Positions 18,831 to 26,930 of a DNA stretch of 50,447 nt are shown here, piece after piece. The position numbers and the translations under genes are program-made. The DNA lies in NCBI GenBank assembly GCA_045112425.1, contig JBGUHV010000068.1, positions 1 to 50,447 of the forward strand. Reading direction: 5' to 3'. Origin of the DNA: Oscillospiraceae bacterium (GTDB taxonomy: Bacteria > Bacillota > Clostridia > Oscillospirales > Oscillospiraceae). The notes below the pieces were generated by a model, which made no database searches, was not told the origin of the DNA, and worked only from the letters and a program-made list of their open reading frames with translations. Position 1 is the stretch's first letter. The number at the start of each line of letters is the position of its first letter.

Positions 18831-19667
18831 TTACTTCGCGTTGCGGCGCTTGACAATATACTTGTCGCTGGCGTTCTTCTTCTTGCGGGTCTTGTAACCC
18901 ATGGCCGGCTTGCCCCAGGGGGTCACAGGGCCGGGACGTCCGACGGGGCTCTTGCCCTCGCCGCCGCCGTGGGGGTGGTCGTTCGGGTTCATGACGGAGC
19001 CGCGGACGGTCGGGCGGATGCCCATGTGACGCTTGCGGCCGGCCTTGCCGATGGAGATGTTGGCGTGGTCGATGTTGCCGACCTGGCCGATCGTGGCAAA
19101 GCAGTTCATGCGGACCTTGCGGAACTCACCGCTGGGCAGACGGACGGTCGCCATGCCGTTCTCCTTGGCCATCAGCTGCGCGGCGACGCCCGCGGAGCGG
19201 ACCAGCTGCGCACCCTTGCCGGGATAGAGCTCGATGTTGTGGATCACGGTGCCGACGGGGATGTTCGCGAGGGGCAGCGCGTTGCCGGGCTTGATGTCAG
19301 CCGCGGCGGAGGAGACGATGCTGTCGCCGACCTTCAGGCCCACGGGGGCGAGAATGTAGCGGTGCTCGCCGTCTTCATACTCCACGAGCGCGATGAAGGC
19401 GCTGCGGTTGGGGTCATACTCCAGACGCAGGACGCTGGCGTTCATGTCCAGCTTGTTGCGCTTGAAGTCGATGACGCGGTACTTTCTGCGGTTGCCGCCG
19501 CCCTGATGGCGGACGGTGATGCGGCCGTAGCTGTTGCGGCCGGAGTGCTTCTTGAGGACCTCCACCAGCTCCTTCTGGGGCTTGGCGTGCTTGTCAACGC
19601 CGTCGAAGCCGGAGACCGTCATACTGCGGCGGGCGGGTGTGGTCGGCTTATAAGTTTTAATAGACAT
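18831..19667 (-). CDS. rplB: 50S ribosomal protein L2
   Basis: 278 aa, [19 protein letters not shown]...[28 protein letters not shown]...[16 protein letters not shown]. Confidence 0.97.
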   Translation of the reverse strand: MSIKTYKPTTPARRSMTVSGFDGVDKHAKPQKELVEVLKKHSGRNSYGRITVRHQGGGNRRKYRVIDFKRNKLDMNASVLRLEYDPNRSAFIALVEYEDGEHRYILAPVGLKVGDSIVSSAAADIKPGNALPLANIPVGTVIHNIELYPGKGAQLVRSAGVAAQLMAKENGMATVRLPSGEFRKVRMNCFATIGQVGNIDHANISIGKAGRKRHMGIRPTVRGSVMNPNDHPHGGGEGKSPVGRPGPVTPWGKPAMGYKTRKKKNASDKYIVKRRNAK

Positions 19668-19682
19668 ACTTCGTTACCTCCC

Positions 19683-19979
19683 TTACACCATGCCCTCGAA
19701 GATCTCGATGTTCTTCGAATCCGCGGAGAGCTTGACAACGGCTTTCTTGCGCTTGGCGGTCATGCCGGAGGGCTGGGCGCCGACGCGCTTTTCCTTGCGG
19801 TGGATATAGGTCGTGGTCACCTTGATGACCTTCACGTCGAAGATCTCCTCGATGGCCTTCTTGATCTCGATCTTGCCGGCGTCGGGGGCGACTTCAAAGA
19901 CGTACTTCTTGATGTCGAGGTCCTCCATGGACTGCTCGGTGATGATCGGGCGAAGAATGATGTCGTAAGCGGTTTTCAT
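19683..19979 (-). CDS. rplW: 50S ribosomal protein L23
   Basis: 98 aa, MKTAYDIILRPIITEQSMEDLDIKKYVFEVAPDAGKIEIKKAIEEIFDVKV. Confidence 0.96.
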   Translation of the reverse strand: MKTAYDIILRPIITEQSMEDLDIKKYVFEVAPDAGKIEIKKAIEEIFDVKVIKVTTTYIHRKEKRVGAQPSGMTAKRKKAVVKLSADSKNIEIFEGMV

Positions 19980-20599
19980 GCGAACACCTCCTCGATTTTC
20001 TTCAGCGCGGCCTGATCCAGAACGAGCGCGCGGCTGTTGAGGATCGTGTAGGGGCTGATGATGGTGGCGGTGGTGCTGGTCACGCCGGGGATGTTGCGGG
20101 AGGACTTGACGACGTTCTCGTTGACATTCTCGGTGATGACGAGAGCCTTGCCCTCGACGCCCAGCTTCTGCAGGAACGCGGCGAACTTCGCGGTCTTGAT
20201 CTCGTCCATGTGCAGATCGTCGATCACGAAGATGGCGTTCTCGGCGGCCTTGGCGCTCAGCGCGCTCTTGAGGGCCAGACGCTTCACCTTCTTGTTGAGG
20301 GTGTAGCTGTAGTCACGCGGCTTCGGCGCAAAAGCGACGCCGCCGTGCGTCCACACGGGAGAGCCCTTGTAGCCGGCGCGGGCGCGGCCGGTGCCCTTCT
20401 GGCGCCAGGGCTTGGCGGTGGTGAAGCTCACTTCACCCTTGGTCAGAGCGCTCTGCGTGCCCTGACGGCAGTTGGCCAGATGATTCTTCACGGAATCATG
20501 CAGCACGGACTTGTTCGGTTCCACCCCGAAAATACCCTCGGAGAGCGTAACCTCGCCGATATTCTCGGCAGCCATGTTGAACAGTTTTGCGGTAGGCAT
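19976..20599 (-). CDS. rplD: 50S ribosomal protein L4
   Basis: 207 aa, ...HLANCRQGTQSALTKGEVSFTTAKPWRQKGTGRARAGYKGSPVWTHGGVAFAPKPRDY. Confidence 0.97.
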   Translation of the reverse strand: MPTAKLFNMAAENIGEVTLSEGIFGVEPNKSVLHDSVKNHLANCRQGTQSALTKGEVSFTTAKPWRQKGTGRARAGYKGSPVWTHGGVAFAPKPRDYSYTLNKKVKRLALKSALSAKAAENAIFVIDDLHMDEIKTAKFAAFLQKLGVEGKALVITENVNENVVKSSRNIPGVTSTTATIISPYTILNSRALVLDQAALKKIEEVFA

Positions 20600-20617
20600 T
20601 GATTCTCTCTCCTTTCC

Positions 20618-21337
20618 TTACTTTCTGGCGGAAGCCTTCTGCGGGTTGCGGCCCGAAGCCTTCTGCGGGTTGACGGAGACACCGGCGTCGCCCTTCTTGA
20701 CGATCTGCTTCTTGACGGTGCTCTTGACGTAGACGATGCCGCCCTTGGGGCCGGGGATGGCGCCGCGGATGACGATCATGTTGAGCTCGGGATCGACCTT
20801 CACGATGTCCAGATTCTGAACCGTGACCTGCTCGACGCCCATGTGGCCGGCCTGCTTCTTGCCCGGGAAAATGCGGGAGGGGTCGGTGCTGGAGCCCATG
20901 GAGCCCGCATGACGGTGCACAGGACCGCCGCCGTGGGTGGTGGGGGTACGACCCTGGCCGAAGCGCTTGACGACGCCGGCGTAGCCCTTGCCCTTGCTGA
21001 TGCCGGTGACATCAACCTTGTCGCCCTCTTTGAAGACGTCAGCCTTCAGAACGTCGCCGACGTTCAGAGCGCCGGTGTCCTCGAGGCGGAATTCCTTGAG
21101 GTGCTTCTTGTAGCTCACGCCGGCCTTGTCGAAGTGACCCTTCTCCGGCTTGGAGAGCTTCTTCTCGGCGACGTCCTCGTAGCCGAGCTGGACGGAAGTG
21201 TAGCCTTCCTTTTCCTCGGTCGCCTTGTAACCGACCGTGCAGGGTCCGGCCTCGATCACAGTGACGGGAACGACCTTGCCTGCTTCGTCGAAGATCTGCG
21301 TCATGCCGACCTTCTTGCCGATGATGGCAGTTTTCAT
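20618..21337 (-). CDS. rplC: 50S ribosomal protein L3 (with short repetitive C-terminal extension)
   Basis: 239 aa, [33 protein letters not shown]...[21 protein letters not shown]. The tail is ...[21 protein letters not shown]. Confidence 0.97.
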   Translation of the reverse strand: MKTAIIGKKVGMTQIFDEAGKVVPVTVIEAGPCTVGYKATEEKEGYTSVQLGYEDVAEKKLSKPEKGHFDKAGVSYKKHLKEFRLEDTGALNVGDVLKADVFKEGDKVDVTGISKGKGYAGVVKRFGQGRTPTTHGGGPVHRHAGSMGSSTDPSRIFPGKKQAGHMGVEQVTVQNLDIVKVDPELNMIVIRGAIPGPKGGIVYVKSTVKKQIVKKGDAGVSVNPQKASGRNPQKASARK

Positions 21338-21577
21338 AGGTATCCTCCTTCAGGTTATTGGTCAGACCGCGTAACAGGAGCGTTCACTCTCTGACAGAGG
21401 CTTCTGACTTGACCCGCCCGCATACGCAAGCTGCGGGTATGGGTGAGATTGTGGGTTTCGTCCAAACGGGCGCGCTTCACTCCGTTTCCGCGGTTTCCGA
21501 AAGAGCCGCGAAAACTGCGCATCCGCTTCCCCGTTTGTCCTCCCCGATTTTGCACCCAGCGCAAAATCGGTTGTGGG
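21338..21577. repeat. 240-bp hairpin-rich spacer between rpsJ and rplC (element D)
   Basis: Unusually long for this junction. Contains CCGATTTTGC-ACCCAGC-GCAAAATCGG (21544-21570, the same TTTTGCRC..GCGCAAAA theme as 14776-14794), CGCGG..CCGCG and CCCGCA..TGCGGG stems. No credible ORF. Confidence 0.7.
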
Positions 21578-21889
21578 TTACAGCTTGATGTCGATCTCGA
21601 CGCCCGCAGGCAGCTCCAGAGTCGTCAGGGCCTCGACCGTCTTCTGGGTGGGGCTCATGATGTCGATCAGGCGCTTGTGGGTGCGGCGCTCAAACTGCTC
21701 GCGGCTGTCCTTGTACTTGTGAACAGCGCGCAGGATGGTGACGATCTCGGTCTTGGTCGGCAGCGGAATGGGGCCGGAGACCTTCGCCTCGGTGCGCTTG
21801 GCGGTCTCGACGATCTTCTCGGCCGCCTTGTCGATGAGCTGGTGATCGTACGCCTTGAGGCGAATGCGGATCATCTTTTTGTTTGCCAT
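21578..21889 (-). CDS. rpsJ: 30S ribosomal protein S10
   Basis: 103 aa, [46 protein letters not shown]. First gene of the supercluster. Confidence 0.97.
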   Translation of the reverse strand: MANKKMIRIRLKAYDHQLIDKAAEKIVETAKRTEAKVSGPIPLPTKTEIVTILRAVHKYKDSREQFERRTHKRLIDIMSPTQKTVEALTTLELPAGVEIDIKL

Positions 21890-22185
21890 GTTGTTTTTCC
21901 TCCGTTACGAATTTGATTGGCAGCATTGGCTCTGCCTTGGTTCGCACGGGTGAAGCTCTTATACACCCAACCGTGCGTATCAAACCCCGTCCGAAAAACG
22001 AACCGGCTTTCGCCGGATTCCCGTTCCCTTTCGGGTGATATACGCGGTGTCAGGAGCTTCAGCCGCCCGATTGCCTGCCGGAAAACGATCCGGCAGCGGA
22101 CATACTCCACGGAAGTTACCAGCGCGTCGCTGCAATCTCCCGCTTCATCGCATACTACGCCCTGCTCTCGCACAGGCGCTCTGAT

Positions 22186-22214
22186 AGGATATCAAATCCC
22201 CTCCTGTTTGTCAA
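22186..22214 (-). promoter_or_regulatory. Putative promoter of the S10-spc-alpha supercluster
   Basis: The minus strand reads TTGACA (22214-22209), a 17-nt spacer ending TGA (extended -10), then TATCCT (22191-22186). This predicts a ~290-nt structured leader before rpsJ. The -35 box lies in the loop of hairpin 22194-22224. Confidence 0.5.
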
Positions 22215-22330
22215 GAGGGGATTTTGTTATTTTCGGAGAATTTTTCACATTCTTTTTGTGGAAATTGTTGCCTTGTGGCCAGAGGGCAAAACCGGCGCAA
22301 AATATGGGGGGGAGCCAAGTGGACTGGCAG

Positions 22331-24508
22331 TTACTTCACAGCCGACGCCCGAAACAGGAACGTCACGACGTGGGCGCGAGTGCAGGCGGCGTTGGGCGAG
22401 AAGGTGGTCTCGCTCGTGCCGGCTGTGATTCCCTGCCCGGCTGCCCAGCAGATCGCGTCATAGGCAAAATTTCGCTCCACGTCCGTGAAGGAACAGTCCG
22501 CCGACTGCGGCGCGGGATTGCCGAGGGCGCGGCGGAGGAACGTGACCACCTGCGCGCGGGTGCACACGGCGCCGGGCGAGAAGGTCGTCTCGCTCGTGCC
22601 GGTCGTGATGGCCTGCTCTGCCGCCCAGCAGATCGCGTCATAGGCAAAGTTTCGCTCCACGTCCGTGAAGGGGCAGTCCGCCGACTGCGGCGCGGGCGAG
22701 CCCGCCGCCCGCCAGAGGAACGTGACCACCTGCGCGCGGGTGCAGGGAGCGTCGGGCGAGAAGAGCGTCTCGCTCGTGCCGTTGGTAATCCCGCGCACAA
22801 GCGCCCAGTCGATGGCGTCGTGCGCCCAGTGATCCTTCGGGGGCATGTCTGCAAAGACTGTGCCCGGGCAGTCGCTGCCGCCGGCGCAGGGCAAGGTCGG
22901 TACGGTCGGCGCAGTCGGCGGGGCCGATTCGGTCGGCGTCGGATCTGGCGTCGGCTTCGGATCGGGCGTCGGCGTCGGCACGGCGGACGGATCGTAGATC
23001 TCGTACTCGATGCGGATGTGGCCGTAATAGTCGCCGCAGCCCTGGATCTCGACGGCGGCGATGCCCGGCGCATCATAGCTGTGCCAGCTGAGCAGGCCGT
23101 CGCGCGCGGCGGTGACGGAGTTGCTCAGCACGAGCTGGTATTCCCCGTCGGAGAGCTTCGGCTTCGGGCGGATCGCGCCGCCGGTGAAGCGATACCGCGC
23201 GGCGACGCCCGTGGGCTTGAGCAGGCTGACGTCCTTTCCCTGCGTGCCGCAGACGGTGCAGACGTGGTTTTCATCCCAGACGTGCCCCGCCGGCCACATG
23301 GCGCTGCCGGTGAATTTCTCGCCGCAGGCGCACCGGCCGGAGATGAAGTCATAGCGCTTCTTGCCGCTCTGGTCATAGAGCGTGCAGCGGTAGGTGTGCG
23401 TGGTTTTGACGCTGTGCAGCGCGCCGTCGGCTCCGGCGTGGAGCATCTCGTCGCCCCAGACGAGCCAGCCGGTCTGCTGCGCGCCGAGGATGGCGCAGCG
23501 GGAGGCCTCCCCGTCGCGGTAAATGCCGGTGAAGGAGGACAGCACGCGCGTTGTGCCGCAGAGGCCGCAGCGCACCGTGCCTCCGTCGCGCGCCCAGTCG
23601 TGCGCGCAGGTCTCCGGCTCCCGCACCGTCTGATACGGCGCGTCGGAGACGACCATAAGCGTCGCCGAGACACAGCGCTCCGCGCCGTCGGAGGAGCGGT
23701 TTTTCATCGTGAGCCCCTCGCCGGGGCGGCGGCTGAGGAAGGTGGAGGAGCCGCCGCCGTCGAGATTCACGGCGTCGGTGCAGCCGAGGGCGAGCAGGAT
23801 CTCGCCGAGCTTGTCGCAGGTCATGCCGCAGGACTCGGGGCGCTGCCGCCCGTCCACCTCCACGATGACGACCGTGCCGTCGGCGCAGGTGCCCACGGCG
23901 GTGCGGGGCTGCGGATCCGTGAGATAGCCGCCGGACTGCTCGAGGAGCCTGCCGTTTTCGATGAGGCGGTTCATGCCGCCGACGGCCTCGCGCACGGTGT
24001 TGTCGAGCCGCTGCTCGCCCGGCAGCACGGCGGCGGAGCCGTCGCGCCGGACGCAGAACCAGTGGTACCCGTCGATGGACTGATCGACGATTTTGCCGTT
24101 CATGGCGAAGGCGCCGGTCGGCTCGCCGGTATTCATATTATAAAAGTTCGCGTTGACGCAGCCGATGACCGTGGCAGCGGGGTCGGTCTGCCGCAGGGCG
24201 GCCTCCATGGCGGCGGACTGCTCGGTGCAGCGCTGCATGCCCCACTCGTCGGTGCTGTTGTTTCGATAGCCCGCGCGGAGCGAGACCGTCGGCTCCGAGG
24301 GATCGACAAGGAGCACGTGCAGCCGCTCCTGCCCGTCGCCGGACGGGAGATTCACCGTGAGCGCAAGCTCCGTCACGCCCGGGGCGAGGGCATGCTCCTC
24401 GGCCTCGACGACGCCGAAGCTGCCGAGCGTATCGCCCTGAGAGACCGCGAGCGCCGGCACGGCCAGCAGCAGCGCGAACGCCAGCGAGAGCAGGATGCGT
24501 TTGAACAT
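22331..24508 (-). CDS. Secreted phosphodiester glycosidase (NAGPA/DUF2233-like) with Cys-rich modules, Pro/Thr linker and three SLH domains
   Basis: The track ORF starts at a GTG (24517). The ATG at 24508 (MFKRILLSLAFALLLAVPALA) has GGAGG 8 nt upstream. Motifs VNANFYNMNTGEPTGAFAMNGKIV and AVNLDGGGSSTF fit the phosphodiester glycosidase family. Linker PTPTPDPKPTPDPTPTESAPP. Three SLH units at a 180-bp period (22381/22561/22741 are in register). Confidence 0.8.
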   Translation of the reverse strand: MFKRILLSLAFALLLAVPALAVSQGDTLGSFGVVEAEEHALAPGVTELALTVNLPSGDGQERLHVLLVDPSEPTVSLRAGYRNNSTDEWGMQRCTEQSAAMEAALRQTDPAATVIGCVNANFYNMNTGEPTGAFAMNGKIVDQSIDGYHWFCVRRDGSAAVLPGEQRLDNTVREAVGGMNRLIENGRLLEQSGGYLTDPQPRTAVGTCADGTVVIVEVDGRQRPESCGMTCDKLGEILLALGCTDAVNLDGGGSSTFLSRRPGEGLTMKNRSSDGAERCVSATLMVVSDAPYQTVREPETCAHDWARDGGTVRCGLCGTTRVLSSFTGIYRDGEASRCAILGAQQTGWLVWGDEMLHAGADGALHSVKTTHTYRCTLYDQSGKKRYDFISGRCACGEKFTGSAMWPAGHVWDENHVCTVCGTQGKDVSLLKPTGVAARYRFTGGAIRPKPKLSDGEYQLVLSNSVTAARDGLLSWHSYDAPGIAAVEIQGCGDYYGHIRIEYEIYDPSAVPTPTPDPKPTPDPTPTESAPPTAPTVPTLPCAGGSDCPGTVFADMPPKDHWAHDAIDWALVRGITNGTSETLFSPDAPCTRAQVVTFLWRAAGSPAPQSADCPFTDVERNFAYDAICWAAEQAITTGTSETTFSPGAVCTRAQVVTFLRRALGNPAPQSADCSFTDVERNFAYDAICWAAGQGITAGTSETTFSPNAACTRAHVVTFLFRASAVK

Positions 24509-24524
24509 GACGGTCACCTCCGTG

Positions 24525-25931
24525 TCAGGTTCCGGCGGGAAAGTCGACGGTAAAGCGCGTGCCGTGCGGCTCGACGCCGTCGACCGTGATCTCGCCGCCG
24601 TAGAGCTTCACCGCGTCGTGCACGATGGACAGACCCAGGCCGCTGCCGCCGTGCTCGCGGCTGCGCGCCTTGTCCACGCGGTAAAAGCGCGTGAAGACGT
24701 GCGGGCGGTCGGCCTCGGGGATGCCGATGCCGGTGTCCTCCACGACGAGGCGGCAGCGGTCACCCTCGCGCGAGACGGAAACGCGCACCTTCCCCATCGG
24801 GAGATTGTATTTGATCGCGTTTTCCACGAGGTTGAATACAATATGATAAATGTCGTCCTCCGTGGCGCGGACGATGCAGCCCTCGGCAAGCTCGGTCTCG
24901 ACGGTGACGCTGCTCGCCTGCGCCAGCGGCTCGAGCAGACGGCGCGTGCCGTCCACGGCGGCCTTGAGATCGACGTCCTGCAGCTCGCCCTGCACGCCGT
25001 CGTCGCGGCGGGAGAGGTTCAGGAGCTTCTCCGTCGTGCGCTGGAGGCGCTCGGCCTCGGCGCCGATGTCGGTGACGAATTCGCGCATGGTCGCGGCGTC
25101 CATGCCCTCGCTCTGGACGATGCTGTCCGAGAGCAGGCGGATGGAGGCGAGCGGGGTTTTCAGCTCGTGCGACGCGTCCGAGACGAACCGGCGGCGCTGC
25201 GCCTCGGTGGTCTCGAGCCGCTCGGTGAGGTAGTTTAATTCGCTGCCGAGCTCGGTGAGCTCGTCGTTGCCGGTGAGGTTCAGGCGGAAGGAATAGTCGC
25301 CGGACTGCACGGTGCGCACGCCGTCGGCCAGGATCTTGATGCGGCGCGTCATCATGCGGATGGAGAAGAAGATGATCACCAGCGCGAGCAGGGCCGCGGC
25401 GAGGGAGATCGTGCCGAGCCGGTGCTGGATTGAGACGATCAGCTCCGCCTGATCGGCATCATACTCCGAGATGTAGACCGCGCCGATGGTGCGCCCGCTG
25501 TTGCGCACGGGCACGGCGGCGCCGGAGGCGAAGGCCGCCATGTCGAACTTCGAGCGGAAGGCCGCCTTGCCGCCGAGCGCGGTTTTGACCTCCGCGGGCG
25601 CGGCGAGATCCTCGTCCGCGAGCGTGTCATAGAGCGGCACGCCCTCCGGATCGGTGACGAGCACGCGCTCGAGCCCCGTCGTGTCGAGCAGGGAGAGCAC
25701 CTGCCGGGTGTTGTCCTCGGTGAGCGTCTCCATCAGCGAAAGCGACGACGAGAGCACCGACGCCCGGCTCATGAGCGAGCTCTCCTTCTCGGAGAACACC
25801 ACGTCGCGCGACGCGCGCAGCGGATAGGTGTTGAGAAGCGCGAGCAGCACCACCGTCAGCAGAAAGAAATACGCCGCAAACTGCAGCTGCACACTGTAGC
25901 GGTATGGTTTTTTGGAAATGGATTCTTCCAT
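24525..25931 (-). CDS. Sensor histidine kinase (two TM segments, HAMP, HisKA, HATPase_c)
   Basis: H-box FVSDASHELKTPLASI. N and G boxes are present (NLVENAIKYN, DTGIGIP, GGSGLGLSIV). The track start at 25970 is a TTG inside a hairpin, so the ATG at 25931 (MEESISKKPYRYS) is preferred. The stop lies 16 nt before the next ATG, and the SD of the SLH gene overlaps the HK 3' end. Confidence 0.85.
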   Translation of the reverse strand: MEESISKKPYRYSVQLQFAAYFFLLTVVLLALLNTYPLRASRDVVFSEKESSLMSRASVLSSSLSLMETLTEDNTRQVLSLLDTTGLERVLVTDPEGVPLYDTLADEDLAAPAEVKTALGGKAAFRSKFDMAAFASGAAVPVRNSGRTIGAVYISEYDADQAELIVSIQHRLGTISLAAALLALVIIFFSIRMMTRRIKILADGVRTVQSGDYSFRLNLTGNDELTELGSELNYLTERLETTEAQRRRFVSDASHELKTPLASIRLLSDSIVQSEGMDAATMREFVTDIGAEAERLQRTTEKLLNLSRRDDGVQGELQDVDLKAAVDGTRRLLEPLAQASSVTVETELAEGCIVRATEDDIYHIVFNLVENAIKYNLPMGKVRVSVSREGDRCRLVVEDTGIGIPEADRPHVFTRFYRVDKARSREHGGSGLGLSIVHDAVKLYGGEITVDGVEPHGTRFTVDFPAGT

Positions 25932-26134
25932 TGAAAAAGCCTCGCAGAGTTTGCGCCTCGGAAGGCGCAAAGAAGATCAAATCATTTTTGCCGCACGGCT
26001 TCGCCGCGGGGCAATAATTCCTCTCGCGGAGAAAAGAGTTTTTTCTCGCAAGCCGCACTTGCGGCCAAAATCTCTTTTCGGAGCGCAGCCCCCTCGATGA
26101 AAAGCCCGGCGAAGCGGGTTTTCATCGAAAGCCG
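25932..26134. repeat. 203-bp hairpin chain between response regulator and kinase genes (element E)
   Basis: At least five stem-loops on the minus strand (TCGATGAAAA.CCG..CGG.CTTTTCATCGA, GCCGCA-AG-TGCGGC, GAGAAAA..TTTTCTC, CCGCGGC-GAA-GCCGTGCGG, TTTGCGCC..GGCGCAAA). Cognate RR/HK genes usually abut or overlap. Confidence 0.6.
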
Positions 26135-26821
26135 TCAGGCCTCGGCGAAATAATAACCAACGCCCCATTTTGTAATAATGTACTCCGGGCTGTTGGGCTG
26201 CTTTTCGAGCTTTTCGCGCAGGCGACGGATGTGCACGTCCACGGTGCGGATGTCACCCTGATACTCATAGCCCCAGACGAGGTCGAGGAGGTTCTCGCGG
26301 CTGTAAACCTTGCCGGGATTGCGCATCAGGAGCTCGATAAGGTCAAACTCCTTGACCGTGAGCTCCACGTTCTCGCCGAAGCGCTTGGCGCTGCGGCGCT
26401 CGGGGTCGATCTCGATCTGGCCGCGCACGAGCTTGCCGCTCTTCGGCGCGCCCGCGACGGGCATGCTGCTGCGGCGGATGAGCGCGCGGATGCGCGCCTT
26501 CAGCTCGAGGATGTTGAAGGGCTTGGTGATATAATCATCCGCGCCGGACTCGAATCCCATGAGCTTATCGGCATCCTCGCTGCGGGCGGTGAGCATGATG
26601 ATCGGCACGGTGGAAAACTGCCGGATCTGCTGGCAGGCCTCGAGCCCGTCCACCTTCGGCATCATGAGATCGAGGAGGATCACGGCGTAGTCGCCGCTGC
26701 GCGCGAGCTCCACGGCGGCCTCGCCGTCATAGCAGGCGTCCACCTCGTAGCCCTCGTTCTCCAGATTGAATTTGATGCCCTTGACGATGGTCTTCTCATC
26801 GTCGACGACCAGTATTTTCAT
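26135..26821 (-). CDS. OmpR/PhoB-family response regulator
   Basis: The true start is MKILVVDDEKTIVKGIK (ATG 26821-26819) with GGGAGG 7 nt upstream. Receiver domain (DLMMPKVDG) plus winged-helix domain (VWGYEYQGDIRTVDVHIRRLREKLE). 228 aa. Confidence 0.9.
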   Translation of the reverse strand: MKILVVDDEKTIVKGIKFNLENEGYEVDACYDGEAAVELARSGDYAVILLDLMMPKVDGLEACQQIRQFSTVPIIMLTARSEDADKLMGFESGADDYITKPFNILELKARIRALIRRSSMPVAGAPKSGKLVRGQIEIDPERRSAKRFGENVELTVKEFDLIELLMRNPGKVYSRENLLDLVWGYEYQGDIRTVDVHIRRLREKLEKQPNSPEYIITKWGVGYYFAEA

Positions 26822-26848
26822 AAGGGGTCCTCCCTTCGACAATTTCAT

Positions 26849-26877
26849 TTGCTTTTCAACGGTAAACACAGTATAAT
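26849..26877 (+). promoter_or_regulatory. Putative promoter of the DD-carboxypeptidase gene
   Basis: TTGCTT (26849-26854), 17-nt spacer, TATAAT (26872-26877). A short hairpin ACGGGTACAACCCGT lies in the 5' UTR. Confidence 0.5.
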
Positions 26878-26930
26878 GTCACGGGTACAACCCGTACTAT
26901 TTAATATATCATAGTTCGATGGAGAAAACC

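Noticed and set aside
5759-20015. Series of long plus-strand ORFs across the ribosomal cluster (5759-7189, 8770-9924, 10267-12303, 13297-14496, 14778-15986, 18816-20015 and others)
   Set aside because: All are antisense to unmistakable ribosomal, secY, adk or map genes. They are low-complexity and straddle gene boundaries of the real operon.
21917-24553. 878-aa plus-strand ORF antisense to the phosphodiester glycosidase/SLH gene and the S10 leader
   Set aside because: It is the same GC-driven antisense artefact (R/G/A-rich). It spans an intergenic leader and a promoter, and has no RBS.
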